A stretch of DNA of 64,000 nt from Alphaproteobacteria bacterium (GCA_965261735.1 OZ253470.1:1-64000); one strand, 5' to 3'. Shown: positions 40,870 to 51,421, numbered from the stretch's first letter. A program made the numbers and translations. The notes: a model not told the origin generated them from the letters alone.

Positions 40870-42354
40870 TCACACGATCTGGGCCTTGAGGCGCGTCAGC
40901 ACGGTGGGGAGTGTTTCGTCCAAGTCCTCGGCGATGAGGCCCGGCCCAACCTCGGCGGCTGCGGCGCCGTGCAGCCATGCGGCGGCGCACCCGGCCTCGA
41001 AGGCCGCCATTCCCTGGGCCATCAGCCCAAGCGCCATGCCGGCGAGCACATCGCCGGCGCCCGCGGTGGCGAGTTCCGGAGGCGCGTTGGCGTTGATCGC
41101 CGCGCGACCATCCGGATGCGCGATCACGGTGTCGGCCCCCTTCAGCAGCACAGCGGCACCGGCGGTCCTGGCCGCGGCGCGCGCGCGGTCAACCTTACTG
41201 CCCTCGATATCCGGGAAGAGGCGGCCAAACTCGCCTTCATGCGGGGTCAACAGGCAGGGTGAGGCGATGGCCGCGAACAGGCGCTCCGGCGCGTCGGCGA
41301 AGACCGTCAGCGCGTCGGCATCGAGCACGCAAAGCTTGCCCATGTCGAGCGCCGCGAGAACATGGGCGCGCGTCGCCTCGGTAACGCCGTTGCCAGGACC
41401 GAGCAGCACCGCGTTGCGGCGCTCATCGCTGATCTGGTCGCGGAACCCCTCGGCGTCGGCGAAAATCGCGCACATCACGGCCGTGAGTTGGCTCGCGTTG
41501 ATGGCGAGCGAGTCGGGTGGCCCGACCACCGTGACCAGGCCAGCACCGCAACGCAGGGCCGCGCGCGCCGCGAGCCGCGCCGCACCCGTGCGCCCAGGCC
41601 CGCCGCTGACGACGGTGGCGTGGCCGCGGGTGTATTTGTGGCTATCGAGCGCGGGCCAGGGAAACGCGTGGCCCCACAGTTCGGGGGTGTTACGAAACAG
41701 GGCCGGCGCGATAGGCGCCAGGGCGGAATCGGGGATGCCGATGTCGATGACCGTGACCTCGCCAGCATGCAGGCGCCCCGGCAGCAGCAGGTGTCCCGGC
41801 TTCATGCGGAAGAAGGTCGCGGTGAGGGCCGCGCGGGGCGCGTCGCCGAGAACGGCACCGGTATCTCCGTGCACGCCGCTCGGGATATCGATGGCCACGA
41901 TCGGTGTACCCAGGGCGTTCGCCGCCTCGATTGTCGCCCGTGCGGCACCGGTGACCTCGCGCGTGAGCCCGGCCCCGAACAGACCATCGACCACGAGGCC
42001 GCAACCCGTCACGGCCTGTGGCGTCAGCGCATCGACCGGACCCTCCCAGCGCCGGGCCATCAGGGTAACATCGCCCTCGATGTGGTCCCTGTCCCCGGTG
42101 AGCGCGACGCGCACGTCGTACCCCGCATCGGCCAGATGGCGGGCAACGACAAAGCCGTCACCGCCATTGTTGCCGGGGCCGCACAGGACGACGGTCCGGC
42201 ACGCCGCCCACCGCCGGGTGATCTCCCGGGCGGTGCCGGCGCCCGCGTTCTCCATCAGGACCTCGCCCGGCACCCCGCCGGCGATGGCGGCGCGGTCGGC
42301 CGCCGCCATCTCTGCCACACGCAGCAGTGCCTGGCGGTAGGGCGATTGGGTCAC
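40870..42354 (-). CDS. nnr: Bifunctional NAD(P)H-hydrate epimerase/dehydratase
   Basis: LMENAG, GPGNNGGDG, DIPSG, HKYTRG, TPHEGEF, LATAGAGDVLAG; GTG 42354 overlaps the upstream stop (GTGA). Confidence 0.93.
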   Translation of the reverse strand: MTQSPYRQALLRVAEMAAADRAAIAGGVPGEVLMENAGAGTAREITRRWAACRTVVLCGPGNNGGDGFVVARHLADAGYDVRVALTGDRDHIEGDVTLMARRWEGPVDALTPQAVTGCGLVVDGLFGAGLTREVTGAARATIEAANALGTPIVAIDIPSGVHGDTGAVLGDAPRAALTATFFRMKPGHLLLPGRLHAGEVTVIDIGIPDSALAPIAPALFRNTPELWGHAFPWPALDSHKYTRGHATVVSGGPGRTGAARLAARAALRCGAGLVTVVGPPDSLAINASQLTAVMCAIFADAEGFRDQISDERRNAVLLGPGNGVTEATRAHVLAALDMGKLCVLDADALTVFADAPERLFAAIASPCLLTPHEGEFGRLFPDIEGSKVDRARAAARTAGAAVLLKGADTVIAHPDGRAAINANAPPELATAGAGDVLAGMALGLMAQGMAAFEAGCAAAWLHGAAAAEVGPGLIAEDLDETLPTVLTRLKAQIV

Positions 42355-43061
42355 GGGCGGGTGAGCGCCGGCGCCCTCGCCTCGCGATAAAGCCACAGGC
42401 GCATGACCTGAGTGAATTCGTAGGCGCCTTCGGCCCGGCCGGTGGCAAACTTCTCCCTCACCTCCGGCGTATCGATACGTGCCATGTCGGTCTCGCGGAA
42501 GGTCACCGCCCGTTGGCCGTCGAGGAACGTCTCGAAATCCGCGAACGACACCCCTAATTGATAGCGATACTCGGCGAGGTCGGTGAAGCTCGGGGCGATC
42601 CGCTCAAGGGCCGTGATCGCCATCCGGCGCGCCTCGGACTCATCGTTAAAGAGGCGGCTAAATTCGTGGAAGGAGCCCTCGAGGCCCGGTTCGATAATGC
42701 AGAGAAAACCGCCGCCGGGCTTGAGGAGGCGCCGCGCCTCGGCGAGAGTGGAGTCCATCAAGGGTGGCGGTACGTGGTGCAACGATCGGCTGAAGAAGAC
42801 GCCGTCCACGCTGGCCGAATCGACAGGAATCGAATCGCCGGGCGCCTCGACGAAGGTCACTCCGGAACCGGGCGCGTCCCTGTTCTTGGCGGCTTGGAGG
42901 GGGTCGGGTTCGACGCCCGTCACGGTCGCGCCCTGCTCGGCGAGCCACCGGCACAGGCGACCGGCGCCGCAGCCCACGTCGACGAGGTCGAGGCCATCGA
43001 GCGCAAGGAGGCGGGCAAGGACGGCGTTGTCCGTCGTCTCGTTGAGTGAGATCGCTGCCAT
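42351..43061 (-). CDS. Class I SAM-dependent methyltransferase
   Basis: Start MAAISL at ATG 43061; VDVGCGAG, SLHHVP, RRLLKPGGG. Confidence 0.88.
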   Translation of the reverse strand: MAAISLNETTDNAVLARLLALDGLDLVDVGCGAGRLCRWLAEQGATVTGVEPDPLQAAKNRDAPGSGVTFVEAPGDSIPVDSASVDGVFFSRSLHHVPPPLMDSTLAEARRLLKPGGGFLCIIEPGLEGSFHEFSRLFNDESEARRMAITALERIAPSFTDLAEYRYQLGVSFADFETFLDGQRAVTFRETDMARIDTPEVREKFATGRAEGAYEFTQVMRLWLYREARAPALTRP

Positions 43062-43159
43062 CCGTCCATCCGGCGTCGGATCGCTCTGCCGGGCATGATT
43101 ACCGCGACCTCCGCACCATAGCACGAGGTCATGCGGCCGTGCGACCGCGCCGGCGGCAA

Positions 43160-44557
43160 CTAGAGGGGCGGGTGCCGCTCGGCCCACGGGTGGACCGCCT
43201 CGAAGGCGCGGGCCGCGCGGAAGACGAGCGCTTCCCCATAAAGCGGGCCGATGATCTGGAGGCCGACCGGAAGACCCGCGGCGGTGAAGCCGCAGGGTAC
43301 CGTCGCCGCCGGGTGGCGGGTGAGGTTGAAGGGATAGGTGAAGGGCGTCCAGGCCATCCAGTCGATCTCCTCGTCCCCGTTCGGCGTGAGCTGGCCGACG
43401 GCAAAGGGCGGCACCGCGAGGGTCGGCGTGAGCAGGAGATCGTATTGCGTGAGGAACTGGTTCAGGGTCATCCCGAGACTGACCCGCGCTGTGCCCGCCT
43501 CGACCAGGTCCATCACGGCGAATTCGGCACCGAGCCGCGCCGTCTCGACGAGGCCGGGCTCCATCAGCGCCACCTGCTCGGGCGTGAACATTCGCACCAG
43601 CCCGGCGGCGCCGGTGCACCAGTGGGCCCAGAAGATGGGTGTCGGGTCGGCGATGTCGGGGTCGGTGTCCACGACCTCGGCACCCGATCCGGCAAAGGCA
43701 CGGGCGGCGCCGGCGACCAGGTCGGCGACCTCGGGATCGACGTCGGCGTAACCGAGCGTCGCGCTGAAGGCTATCTTGAGCCCGCGGACGCCTGACTCGA
43801 GCACCGCCATCTCGCCAACCCCGTCGTCGGGGAGCGCGTACCAGTCGCGTGCGTCCCAGCCCTTGAGCACCGAGAACATGAGCGCGCCGTCCGCCGCCGT
43901 GCGCGCGATCGGTCCGGTGTTGGCGAGCGAGCTGAACGGGCTGGGCGGGTAGACCGGAACCCGGCCATGGGTGCCCTTGATGCCGAACAGACCGCTGAAG
44001 GAACATGGGATGCGGATGGAGCCGCCACCGTCGGTGCCGAGCGCGAGTGGGCCCATGCCGGCGGCCACCGCCGCCGCCCCGCCCCCACTCGAGCCACCCG
44101 GTGTGAGCTCCGGGTTCCAGGGGTTGCGCGTGATACCGAAGAGGGCGCTGTCGGTGACGCCCTTCCAGCCATACTCCGGCGTATTGGTCTTGCCGAGCAG
44201 GACGGCGCCATGGGCCTTCAGGCGCTCGACGGCCGGTGCGTCCTCGCTCGCCTGCTCGTCCGCGGCGCTCGTCCGCGAGCCGCGCCTCCACGGCCATCCC
44301 GCCACGGGGATAGTGTCCTTGATCGAGATCGGCACGCCGTCGAGCCGGCCCACTGGCTCGGCCCTCATCCAGCGCGCTTCCGAGGCGCGCGCCGCAGCCA
44401 TGGCGGCGTCGCCATCGACGTGGCAGAACGCGTTGAGCTTGGGGTCGTGGGCTTCGATACGCCCCAGCGCCGCGCTTACCGCATCCACGGGCGAGAGGCG
44501 CTTGGCCCGGAAACCCTCGATCAGGTCTACCGCGGAGAGATAGGCCGTGTCGGACAT
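43160..44557 (-). CDS. Amidase-signature family amidase
   Basis: GVPISIKD, GKTNTPE, GGSSGG, GTDGGGSIRIP. Confidence 0.92.
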   Translation of the reverse strand: MSDTAYLSAVDLIEGFRAKRLSPVDAVSAALGRIEAHDPKLNAFCHVDGDAAMAAARASEARWMRAEPVGRLDGVPISIKDTIPVAGWPWRRGSRTSAADEQASEDAPAVERLKAHGAVLLGKTNTPEYGWKGVTDSALFGITRNPWNPELTPGGSSGGGAAAVAAGMGPLALGTDGGGSIRIPCSFSGLFGIKGTHGRVPVYPPSPFSSLANTGPIARTAADGALMFSVLKGWDARDWYALPDDGVGEMAVLESGVRGLKIAFSATLGYADVDPEVADLVAGAARAFAGSGAEVVDTDPDIADPTPIFWAHWCTGAAGLVRMFTPEQVALMEPGLVETARLGAEFAVMDLVEAGTARVSLGMTLNQFLTQYDLLLTPTLAVPPFAVGQLTPNGDEEIDWMAWTPFTYPFNLTRHPAATVPCGFTAAGLPVGLQIIGPLYGEALVFRAARAFEAVHPWAERHPPL

Positions 44558-44661
44558 GCGCGCCCCCTGATGCTCGACGAAAGCCGGATATATAATGATC
44601 TTCGCCGCTCGCGCGCGCTCGCGCAACGGCGTCGCGGCTCATCGCGGAATCGGGGTTTGAA

Positions 44662-45918
44662 TTGAAGATCATCGTGCTCGGCGGCGGCGTGATCGGCGTG
44701 ACCAGCGCCTATTATCTGGCGCGCGCGGGTCACGAGGTGCGCCTGATCGAGCGCCGCGACTCGTGCGGGCTGGAGACCAGCTTTGCCAACGGCGGCCAGA
44801 TCTCCGCCGGCCACGCCGCCCCCTGGGCGAGCCCGGAGGCGCCGCTCGAGCTGCTGCGCTCGCTCGGCCGCGAGGACGCGCCGCTCATCTTCCGGCTCAA
44901 GGCCGACCCGCGCATGTGGGCCTGGGGCCTTCGCTTCCTGCGCAACTGCACGGCCCGCCGTCATGCCGCCAACAGGGGCCGCATGCTGAGGTTGGGCGCC
45001 TACAGCCGGCAAGCGCTCGTCGAGCTGCGGCAGGAGGTCGACCTCGACTACGACGCGCAGGCCCGAGGTATCCTCAATATCTTCCGCGATGAGCGCGGCT
45101 TCGCCGATGCGGCGGGGCACGCGGCCGGCGCCCAAGCCGAGGGCGGCCACATCGAGGTGGCCGACGCGGACCGTTGCCGTGAGATCGAGCCGGCCCTCGA
45201 GGGCAGCCCAGCCGCCATCACCGGGGGAATCTACTATCCCGACGACGAGAGCGGCGATGCCTACAAGTTTACCGACGGGCTCGCGCAGGTCTGCGCCGGC
45301 TTAGGGGTCAACTTCGCCTACGCCACCGCCGTCAACGGTTTGACGGCGAACGGCGGGAGGATCATGGGCGTCGACACCAGCGCCGGTCCTATGTCTGCAG
45401 ACCTCTACGTGATGGCGCTCGGCAGCTACAGCGCGCGGCTCGCCGCCCCCTTGGGGGTCAGGCTGCCGATCTATCCGGTCAAGGGCTACTCGGCAACCTT
45501 GCCACTCAGGGGCCACAACCGTGCGCCCTTGGTCAGCGTTATCGACGCCGAGCGCATGGTCGTCGTCGGCCGCCTCGGCGATCGCCTGCGCGTTGCCGGC
45601 ACCGCCGAAATCGCAGGCTACGATCTCACTCTCAACCCGGTGCGCGCGCGCGCCGTGCTCGATGCTGCGTTGAGCATCTTTCCGGCTGCCGGGGACGCCG
45701 CGGATGCCGAGTATTGGACAGGGCTCAGGCCGATGACGGCGGACGGGCCACCGATCATCGGAGCGACACGCTACGCCAACCTCTTCCTCAACACCGGCCA
45801 CGGGTCGCTGGGCTGGACCATGGCCTGCGGCTCGGCCCTCATCCTCGCCGATCTCGTCGCCGGTCATCGCCCCGCGATCGACTTCGACGGGCTGACGCTC
45901 GATCGGTATCGGCAATGA
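44662..45918 (+). CDS. dadA: D-amino acid dehydrogenase
   Basis: GGGVIG, ETSFANGG, YPVKGYS, WTGLRP, NTGHGSLGWT. Confidence 0.9.
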   Translation: MKIIVLGGGVIGVTSAYYLARAGHEVRLIERRDSCGLETSFANGGQISAGHAAPWASPEAPLELLRSLGREDAPLIFRLKADPRMWAWGLRFLRNCTARRHAANRGRMLRLGAYSRQALVELRQEVDLDYDAQARGILNIFRDERGFADAAGHAAGAQAEGGHIEVADADRCREIEPALEGSPAAITGGIYYPDDESGDAYKFTDGLAQVCAGLGVNFAYATAVNGLTANGGRIMGVDTSAGPMSADLYVMALGSYSARLAAPLGVRLPIYPVKGYSATLPLRGHNRAPLVSVIDAERMVVVGRLGDRLRVAGTAEIAGYDLTLNPVRARAVLDAALSIFPAAGDAADAEYWTGLRPMTADGPPIIGATRYANLFLNTGHGSLGWTMACGSALILADLVAGHRPAIDFDGLTLDRYRQ

Positions 45919-46160
45919 GCACGCGATCGTGCCCACGTACCAATGCCATCGCTGCCATGGCAGTCATATGCGTCGTCCTCGCGAGCACCGGCCTCGGCGG
46001 CTGTGCGTGGGAGCCCCTGCGCGACGAGTATCTGGGCAAGAGCGTGGTCCAGCCGGCCAAGGTCAGCCAGCCGATGCGGCGGGATGCCTACGGCAATCCC
46101 ATCCTCGACGGGACCGAGGACACAACGTGGTCGGGCTCGGGGTGGCCGTCGATCTGGTAG
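45915..46160 (+). CDS. Small putative lipoprotein (81 aa)
   Basis: ATGA overlap with the dadA stop; hydrophobic stretch and LGGC lipobox. Confidence 0.55.
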   Translation: MSTRSCPRTNAIAAMAVICVVLASTGLGGCAWEPLRDEYLGKSVVQPAKVSQPMRRDAYGNPILDGTEDTTWSGSGWPSIW

Positions 46161-46165
46161 CGGCG

Positions 46166-47263
46166 CTATAGATTGAAGACGCGGACGGCGTTCTCGCCGA
46201 CCAGCTTGCGCTGATCCGCGGGCTCGAAATCGGCGAACATTTGTCCGACCCGGCTCTGCGTATCGAGACCAATCGAACGAATGTGGGGGAAGTCCGAACC
46301 CCACAGGACCTGGTCGGTGCCGATATGGCGGATGGCTTGTGCCCCGTAGGCATCATCGATCATGCCGTGCCAGACGCGCGTGCGCATGTAGTCACTGGCC
46401 AGCATGTCGAGCTTGGGTAGCGGTAGCCGCGCGGCCATGGACACCTGCATCTGGTCGAGCCGCCACATGAATGGCGGAATCCAGGAGATTTCGAACTCGC
46501 CGCAGAGCAGCTTGAGGCTGGGGAAGCGATCGAGAATCTTGCCGAAAATGAACTCGTTGGCGAGCACCCCCATGACCTCGTACATCATCTCGACCTGGGT
46601 CTTGGGCGTGGTTGATTGCTCCTCGCGCGTATGAAAGTGAAGTGGATCGGGCACCCGGCCAGTGATGATGTGGAGCTGCACGGGCATGCCGATTTCCTGA
46701 GCCCGCGCCCAGAACGGATCATAGGCCGCGTTCTGATAGGGTGGGCAACCCGGCGGCGAGTACAGGTGAATGTTGACGCACTTGAAGCCCTTTGCGGCGC
46801 AGCGCTCTAGCTCCTTCACCGCCCAGTCCACATCGTCCATGGGGATCATGCCGATGCCGACCAGCCGCTCCGCGTCGTAGCCCGCGAACTCCCCGAGCCA
46901 GTCGTTGAAGACGGCGGCGCAGGCGCGCAGGCAGTCGTAGTCGGGATGGCGCATGATCAGCAGCATGAACGTGGCGTTGAGCAGCTCCGCCGCAACGCCC
47001 GCGCGCTCCTGGAATCGTACCCGCACCTCGGGCACGTACCCGGCCTCCTGCATGCCGATGTCCTGGGCGGACGCATCGCCCTGGCCGTAATGCATGACCT
47101 GGCCGCCGGTATAGAAGTAGCTGCCCTTCTCGCCGCGGTGCTCGTCGATCAGCCGCGGGGTCCGATCCCCAAACTTGTCTCCGATCGCCTTGAGCCAAAG
47201 ATCGGGCGGCTCCATGACATGGGAGTCCGCCGAAATGACGCGGTTGACGGGGGAATCGCTCAT
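46166..47263 (-). CDS. Amidohydrolase_2 family protein, paralogue 1
   Basis: ISADSHVMEP, FNDWL, YDPFWA, QLH, WGSDFPH; 365 aa from ATG 47263. Confidence 0.9.
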   Translation of the reverse strand: MSDSPVNRVISADSHVMEPPDLWLKAIGDKFGDRTPRLIDEHRGEKGSYFYTGGQVMHYGQGDASAQDIGMQEAGYVPEVRVRFQERAGVAAELLNATFMLLIMRHPDYDCLRACAAVFNDWLGEFAGYDAERLVGIGMIPMDDVDWAVKELERCAAKGFKCVNIHLYSPPGCPPYQNAAYDPFWARAQEIGMPVQLHIITGRVPDPLHFHTREEQSTTPKTQVEMMYEVMGVLANEFIFGKILDRFPSLKLLCGEFEISWIPPFMWRLDQMQVSMAARLPLPKLDMLASDYMRTRVWHGMIDDAYGAQAIRHIGTDQVLWGSDFPHIRSIGLDTQSRVGQMFADFEPADQRKLVGENAVRVFNL

Positions 47264-47267
47264 CGCG

Positions 47268-48365
47268 CTAGTGGATGTCGAAGGCGACCGCGGCGTTGCC
47301 GCCGACGAGCTTTTCCTGGTCGGCACGGTCGAACCTGGCGAACATCTGCCCCACCCGGCTCTGCGTATCGAGGCCGATCGAGCGGACGTGCGGGAAGTCC
47401 GACCCCCATAACACCTGATCGACGCCGATGTGCGGAATTGCGTCCGCGCCATAGTTGTCGTCGATCATGCCGTGCCACATGCGCTGGCAGACGTATTCGC
47501 TGGCCAGTCGGTCGAGCTTCGGCAGCGCCAATCGCGAGGCCATGGCCACCTGCATCTGGTCGAGGCGCCACGCGAAGTTCGGAATCCAGGAGATCTCGAA
47601 CTCGCTGCAGATCACCTTGAGCTGGGGAAAGCGGTCGAGGATCGTGCCAAAGACGAAGTCGTTGGCGAGAACTCCCATGATCTCGTAGTCGAGGTTGAGG
47701 AAGATCCCCGGCGCCTCCGACTTCTCTTCCTCGGTGTAGAGGTGGAACGGGTCCGGTACGCGCCCGGTGCCCGTATGGAGCTGTATCGGCATCCCCATTT
47801 CCTGGGCCCGCGCCCAGAAGGGATCATAGGTTGAGTCGCGGTAGGGCGGACAGCCGGCGGGAGCGTAGAGGTTGATGTTGACGCACTTCATCCCGAGCTT
47901 GGCTGCGCGCTCGAGTTCCTTCAGGGCCCATGCGATATCGTCCATCGGCACCATCGCGACGCCATACAAGCGCGTCGAATCACGGGAAATGAATTCGGCG
48001 AGCCAATCGTTGAAGACGGCCGCGCACGCGCGCAGGCAGGCGTGGTCCTGATGGCGCATGATAAGGAGCATGCGGGTGGCGGTCAGCACTTCCGCCTTGA
48101 TGCCCGCGCGCTTCTGAAAGTCGATACGGACCTCGGGGACCCAGCCCGATTCCTGCATCCCGATTTCCTGTGCCGAGGCATCGCTCTGGCCGACCTTGGT
48201 GGTCTGTCCGCCGGTGAAAAAGAACTTTCCCTTGACGCCGAGGTGCTCGTCGATCAACCGCGGGGTCTGATCGCCGAACTTGTCGCCGATCGCCTTTTGC
48301 CAAAGGTCGGGCGGCTCCATAACGTGGGAATCGGCGGAAATCACGCTGTCGAACGCGCTCGTCAT
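47268..48365 (-). CDS. Amidohydrolase_2 family protein, paralogue 2
   Basis: Same motifs; 365 aa from ATG 48365. Confidence 0.9.
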   Translation of the reverse strand: MTSAFDSVISADSHVMEPPDLWQKAIGDKFGDQTPRLIDEHLGVKGKFFFTGGQTTKVGQSDASAQEIGMQESGWVPEVRIDFQKRAGIKAEVLTATRMLLIMRHQDHACLRACAAVFNDWLAEFISRDSTRLYGVAMVPMDDIAWALKELERAAKLGMKCVNINLYAPAGCPPYRDSTYDPFWARAQEMGMPIQLHTGTGRVPDPFHLYTEEEKSEAPGIFLNLDYEIMGVLANDFVFGTILDRFPQLKVICSEFEISWIPNFAWRLDQMQVAMASRLALPKLDRLASEYVCQRMWHGMIDDNYGADAIPHIGVDQVLWGSDFPHVRSIGLDTQSRVGQMFARFDRADQEKLVGGNAAVAFDIH

Positions 48366-48400
48366 CGCTCCTGGCCTCCTTGCCCGCCCGCTCCCGAAGG

Positions 48401-49504
48401 CTACAGGCCGAAGGCGGCAATCGCGTTGCCGCCGATGATCTTTTCCTGGTCGGTGCGATCGAGATCGGCGAACAACTGTCCCACCCGGCTCTGGGCATCG
48501 AGCCCGATCGAGCGAATGTGCGGAAAATCGTTGCCCCAAAGGATGCTGTCGACGCCGATATGGGGAATGGCCTCGGCACCATGGGCATCGTCGATCATGC
48601 CGTGCCACATGCGCGTGCGGACATAGTCGCTCGCGCGCATGTCGAGCTTGGGCAGCGGCAGGCGCACTGCAAAGGACTCCTGCATCTGGTCGAGCCGCCA
48701 CATGAACGTGGGCAGCCACGAGATCTCGAACTCGCTGACAATCATCTTGAGTTTGGGAAAACGGTCGAGGATCTTACCGAAGATGAACTCGTTCGCGAGC
48801 ACGCCCATGATCTCATAGAACACCTGGAGCATGACATAGGGCGTGTTGATCCGCTCCTCGGGGGTGTGAAAGAGCAGCGGGTCAGGCGTTTGCCCGGTCA
48901 CGATGTGGAGCTGGATGGGCATGCCCATTTCTTCGGCGCGCGCCCAAAAGGGATCGTAGGCGGAATCCTGATAGGGCGGCCGTCCGGGGCGCGCGTCGAG
49001 GTGAATGTTGGCGCACTTGTGACCGAGCTTGGCCACACGGTCGAGCTCGTTGATCGCCCAGTCGATGTCATCCATCGGGATCATGGCGATGCCGACCAGC
49101 CGGCTGCGGTCGTAGGAAATGAACTCGGCGAGCCAGTCGTTGAACACGGCGGCGCAGGCCTTGAGGCATTCGGCGTCGGGGTGCTGCATGATCAGCAGCA
49201 TGCGCGTCGCCGTCAGCGCCTCGGCCTCGATCTTGGCCTCTTCTTGGAACTTGACCCGGACCTCCGGCACATAGCCCGCCTCCTGCATGCCGATCACTTG
49301 CGCCGAGACGTCGCTCTCGCCCTCCTTCACCACCTGCTTGCCAAAATAGAAGTGCGATCCCTTCTGGCCCAGGTGTTCGTCGATCAATCGCGGCGTCCGA
49401 TCGCCGAAGGTCTTGCTGATGGTGCCTTGCCACAGACCGGCCGGCTCCATGACGTGAGAGTCGGCCGAAATAACGCGGGCAAATCCGTTCTGCTTCATTG
49501 TCAT
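48401..49504 (-). CDS. Amidohydrolase_2 family protein, paralogue 3
   Basis: Same motifs (WGNDFPH); 367 aa, or 365 aa from the second Met. Confidence 0.9.
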   Translation of the reverse strand: MTMKQNGFARVISADSHVMEPAGLWQGTISKTFGDRTPRLIDEHLGQKGSHFYFGKQVVKEGESDVSAQVIGMQEAGYVPEVRVKFQEEAKIEAEALTATRMLLIMQHPDAECLKACAAVFNDWLAEFISYDRSRLVGIAMIPMDDIDWAINELDRVAKLGHKCANIHLDARPGRPPYQDSAYDPFWARAEEMGMPIQLHIVTGQTPDPLLFHTPEERINTPYVMLQVFYEIMGVLANEFIFGKILDRFPKLKMIVSEFEISWLPTFMWRLDQMQESFAVRLPLPKLDMRASDYVRTRMWHGMIDDAHGAEAIPHIGVDSILWGNDFPHIRSIGLDAQSRVGQLFADLDRTDQEKIIGGNAIAAFGL

Positions 49505-49627
49505 ATTCCTGCGCGCCGTCGAGTCCCGGGCCGGGCACGCCAGTCAGGCACCGGGCGCACGGGCGACCGCCCTATTGCGCCGAGTGCCCGGCGGCAGGGC
49601 ATGCGACGGGTTGTCACGGCGCCCGCC

Positions 49628-50635
49628 TCAGGCGAGATACGGCCGCAGTTCGGGGGCCGCTTTACCGATAACGGTTGGGTCGGGGTTGCGATCACAGAAG
49701 AACTCGACCCGCATGCCATCGGGATCGACGACGAATAGGCTCCGCTTCGTCGCGTCGTCGATCTGCTTTTCTATGGTGATGCCCGCCTGGCCGAGCGCGC
49801 CGGCGGACTGTTCGACCGCGGCTTCGCTCGCGAGCTGGAAGCCAATATGGTGGACACTGGCCTTGGTGCCGTTGTTCGCCGCGAGCAGCGCGAGGTCGTA
49901 ACCGCCCGCCGTACCCTGCAGGCACGCATAGCTTCCGTCCGCCGCCTTGTGCGCCGTCGCGAGCCCAGCGATATCATTGTAGAACGCGCATGAGCGATCG
50001 ACCTCATCGACGACGATCGCGGTGTGAGTGATCCGCAGCGGGTGAAGCGGCGCCTCGTCGACGCCGTAGAGCCGCGGATCGAGGTCGTAGCGCGGGTCGT
50101 TGGCCGGGATGACGTCGCTCGGATCCCAGTGGCCCGTAATCAGCTCCATCTCACCATGAAACCAGCCATGCCAGTCCTTCATGATGTCGGCGTAGAACTC
50201 CATCAGGTTGCCGTCGGGATCGGGCATGTAGATGCTATGCGAGATCTGATGATCGACGATCATGGCGATGCTTTCGTCGGCGGCCTGCGCCCGTTTGATC
50301 GCGGAGACGAGTTCGGCCTCATTCTCCATCTCCCACCCGAGGTGGAAGAGTCCGACACGGGTTCCTTCGGTCTTAGGTAGCAGCACCTCGCCATCGCGAC
50401 CGATCCGATCCTTGCCGCGCGTGATCTCCACCATCCCGATGTCGTGATGGGTATTGCCGTTGCCGAGAAAGCTCGCCAAGAGCCCAGGCTCGGTCGCTTC
50501 GATCGTGAGCCCGAACACCTTGTTGTAGAACTCGGTGGTCTTCTGGATGTCGCCAACCCATAGGTTTGCATGCCCTAGGCGGCGGGGCCTGAACATGGCC
50601 GGCTGAGCCGTACCAACTTGTTCTGCCGTGGTCAT
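49628..50635 (-). CDS. Two-domain VOC protein, putative extradiol ring-cleavage dioxygenase (paralogue A)
   Basis: RRLGH, NTHHD, LFHLGW, DHQISHSIY, DPDGNLME; second domain ITH, VHHIGF, DPDGMRVE. Confidence 0.82.
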   Translation of the reverse strand: MTTAEQVGTAQPAMFRPRRLGHANLWVGDIQKTTEFYNKVFGLTIEATEPGLLASFLGNGNTHHDIGMVEITRGKDRIGRDGEVLLPKTEGTRVGLFHLGWEMENEAELVSAIKRAQAADESIAMIVDHQISHSIYMPDPDGNLMEFYADIMKDWHGWFHGEMELITGHWDPSDVIPANDPRYDLDPRLYGVDEAPLHPLRITHTAIVVDEVDRSCAFYNDIAGLATAHKAADGSYACLQGTAGGYDLALLAANNGTKASVHHIGFQLASEAAVEQSAGALGQAGITIEKQIDDATKRSLFVVDPDGMRVEFFCDRNPDPTVIGKAAPELRPYLA

Positions 50636-50902
50636 CGCCTTTCCTCCGGATAACGAGCCCGACGTGCGGAATTCGCGGCGCCGAATGTTGCGTGGCGGGG
50701 GCGGCCATTAGGACTGCCGCCGCTAGAGCCCGCGCCTCAAATCCCCGCTCTAGATGGCGTCTGCTTACTATAGCTGACCCTCACGCGGGCCGCAATGGAC
50801 CGATCTTTCGAGTTGCCACCCGCTTGCTTGAGGGCCGCGCGATTAGCCGCTATAACCGGCGCATCGGCTTGGGCCGGTGTATCAAGAACAAAGGATGCAG
50901 GG

Positions 50903-51421
50903 ATGGTGGTGACACACAAGGAAGTCGGCCCGAAGCGCTACCGCGAGACCTATGGGCGCTACCTCGAGGACTTCGAGGTCGGCGATGTCTACGAACATCG
51001 CCCGGGGCGGACGATCACCGAGTACGACAATGTCGCCTACACACTGTTGACAATGAACACCCACCCGCTCCACTTCGACAACGCCTACGCCGCCAAGTCG
51101 GAATTCGGCAAACCGCTCGTCAATAGCGCATTGACGCTCTCGCTGGTGACCGGCATGAGCGTGAGCGACGTAAGCCACAAGGCGATCGCCAATCTGGGCT
51201 GGGACAAGGTGCGGCTAACCGCGCCGGTGTTCGTGGGCGACACCGTCTACGCCGAGAGCGAGGTGCTGTCGAAGCGCGAATCCAAGTCGCGCCCGACACA
51301 GGGAATCGTGACGGTTCGCACCATCGGCAAAAAGGACGATGGCACTGTATTCATGGACTTCGAGCGCTCGATGCTGATACCCAAGCGCGGCCACAGTCCC
51401 GAGGACATCGCAGGCTATTGA
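50903..51421 (+). CDS. MaoC-family (hot-dog) enoyl-CoA hydratase
   Basis: GRYLEDFEVGD, RTITEYDN...NTHPLHFD, ANLGWD, PVFVGDT, RESKSRP. Confidence 0.9.
   Translation: MVVTHKEVGPKRYRETYGRYLEDFEVGDVYEHRPGRTITEYDNVAYTLLTMNTHPLHFDNAYAAKSEFGKPLVNSALTLSLVTGMSVSDVSHKAIANLGWDKVRLTAPVFVGDTVYAESEVLSKRESKSRPTQGIVTVRTIGKKDDGTVFMDFERSMLIPKRGHSPEDIAGY

Noticed and set aside
42351-44672. 773-aa methyltransferase fusion
   Set aside because: The upstream portion is a shadow frame of the amidase; the methyltransferase starts at 43061
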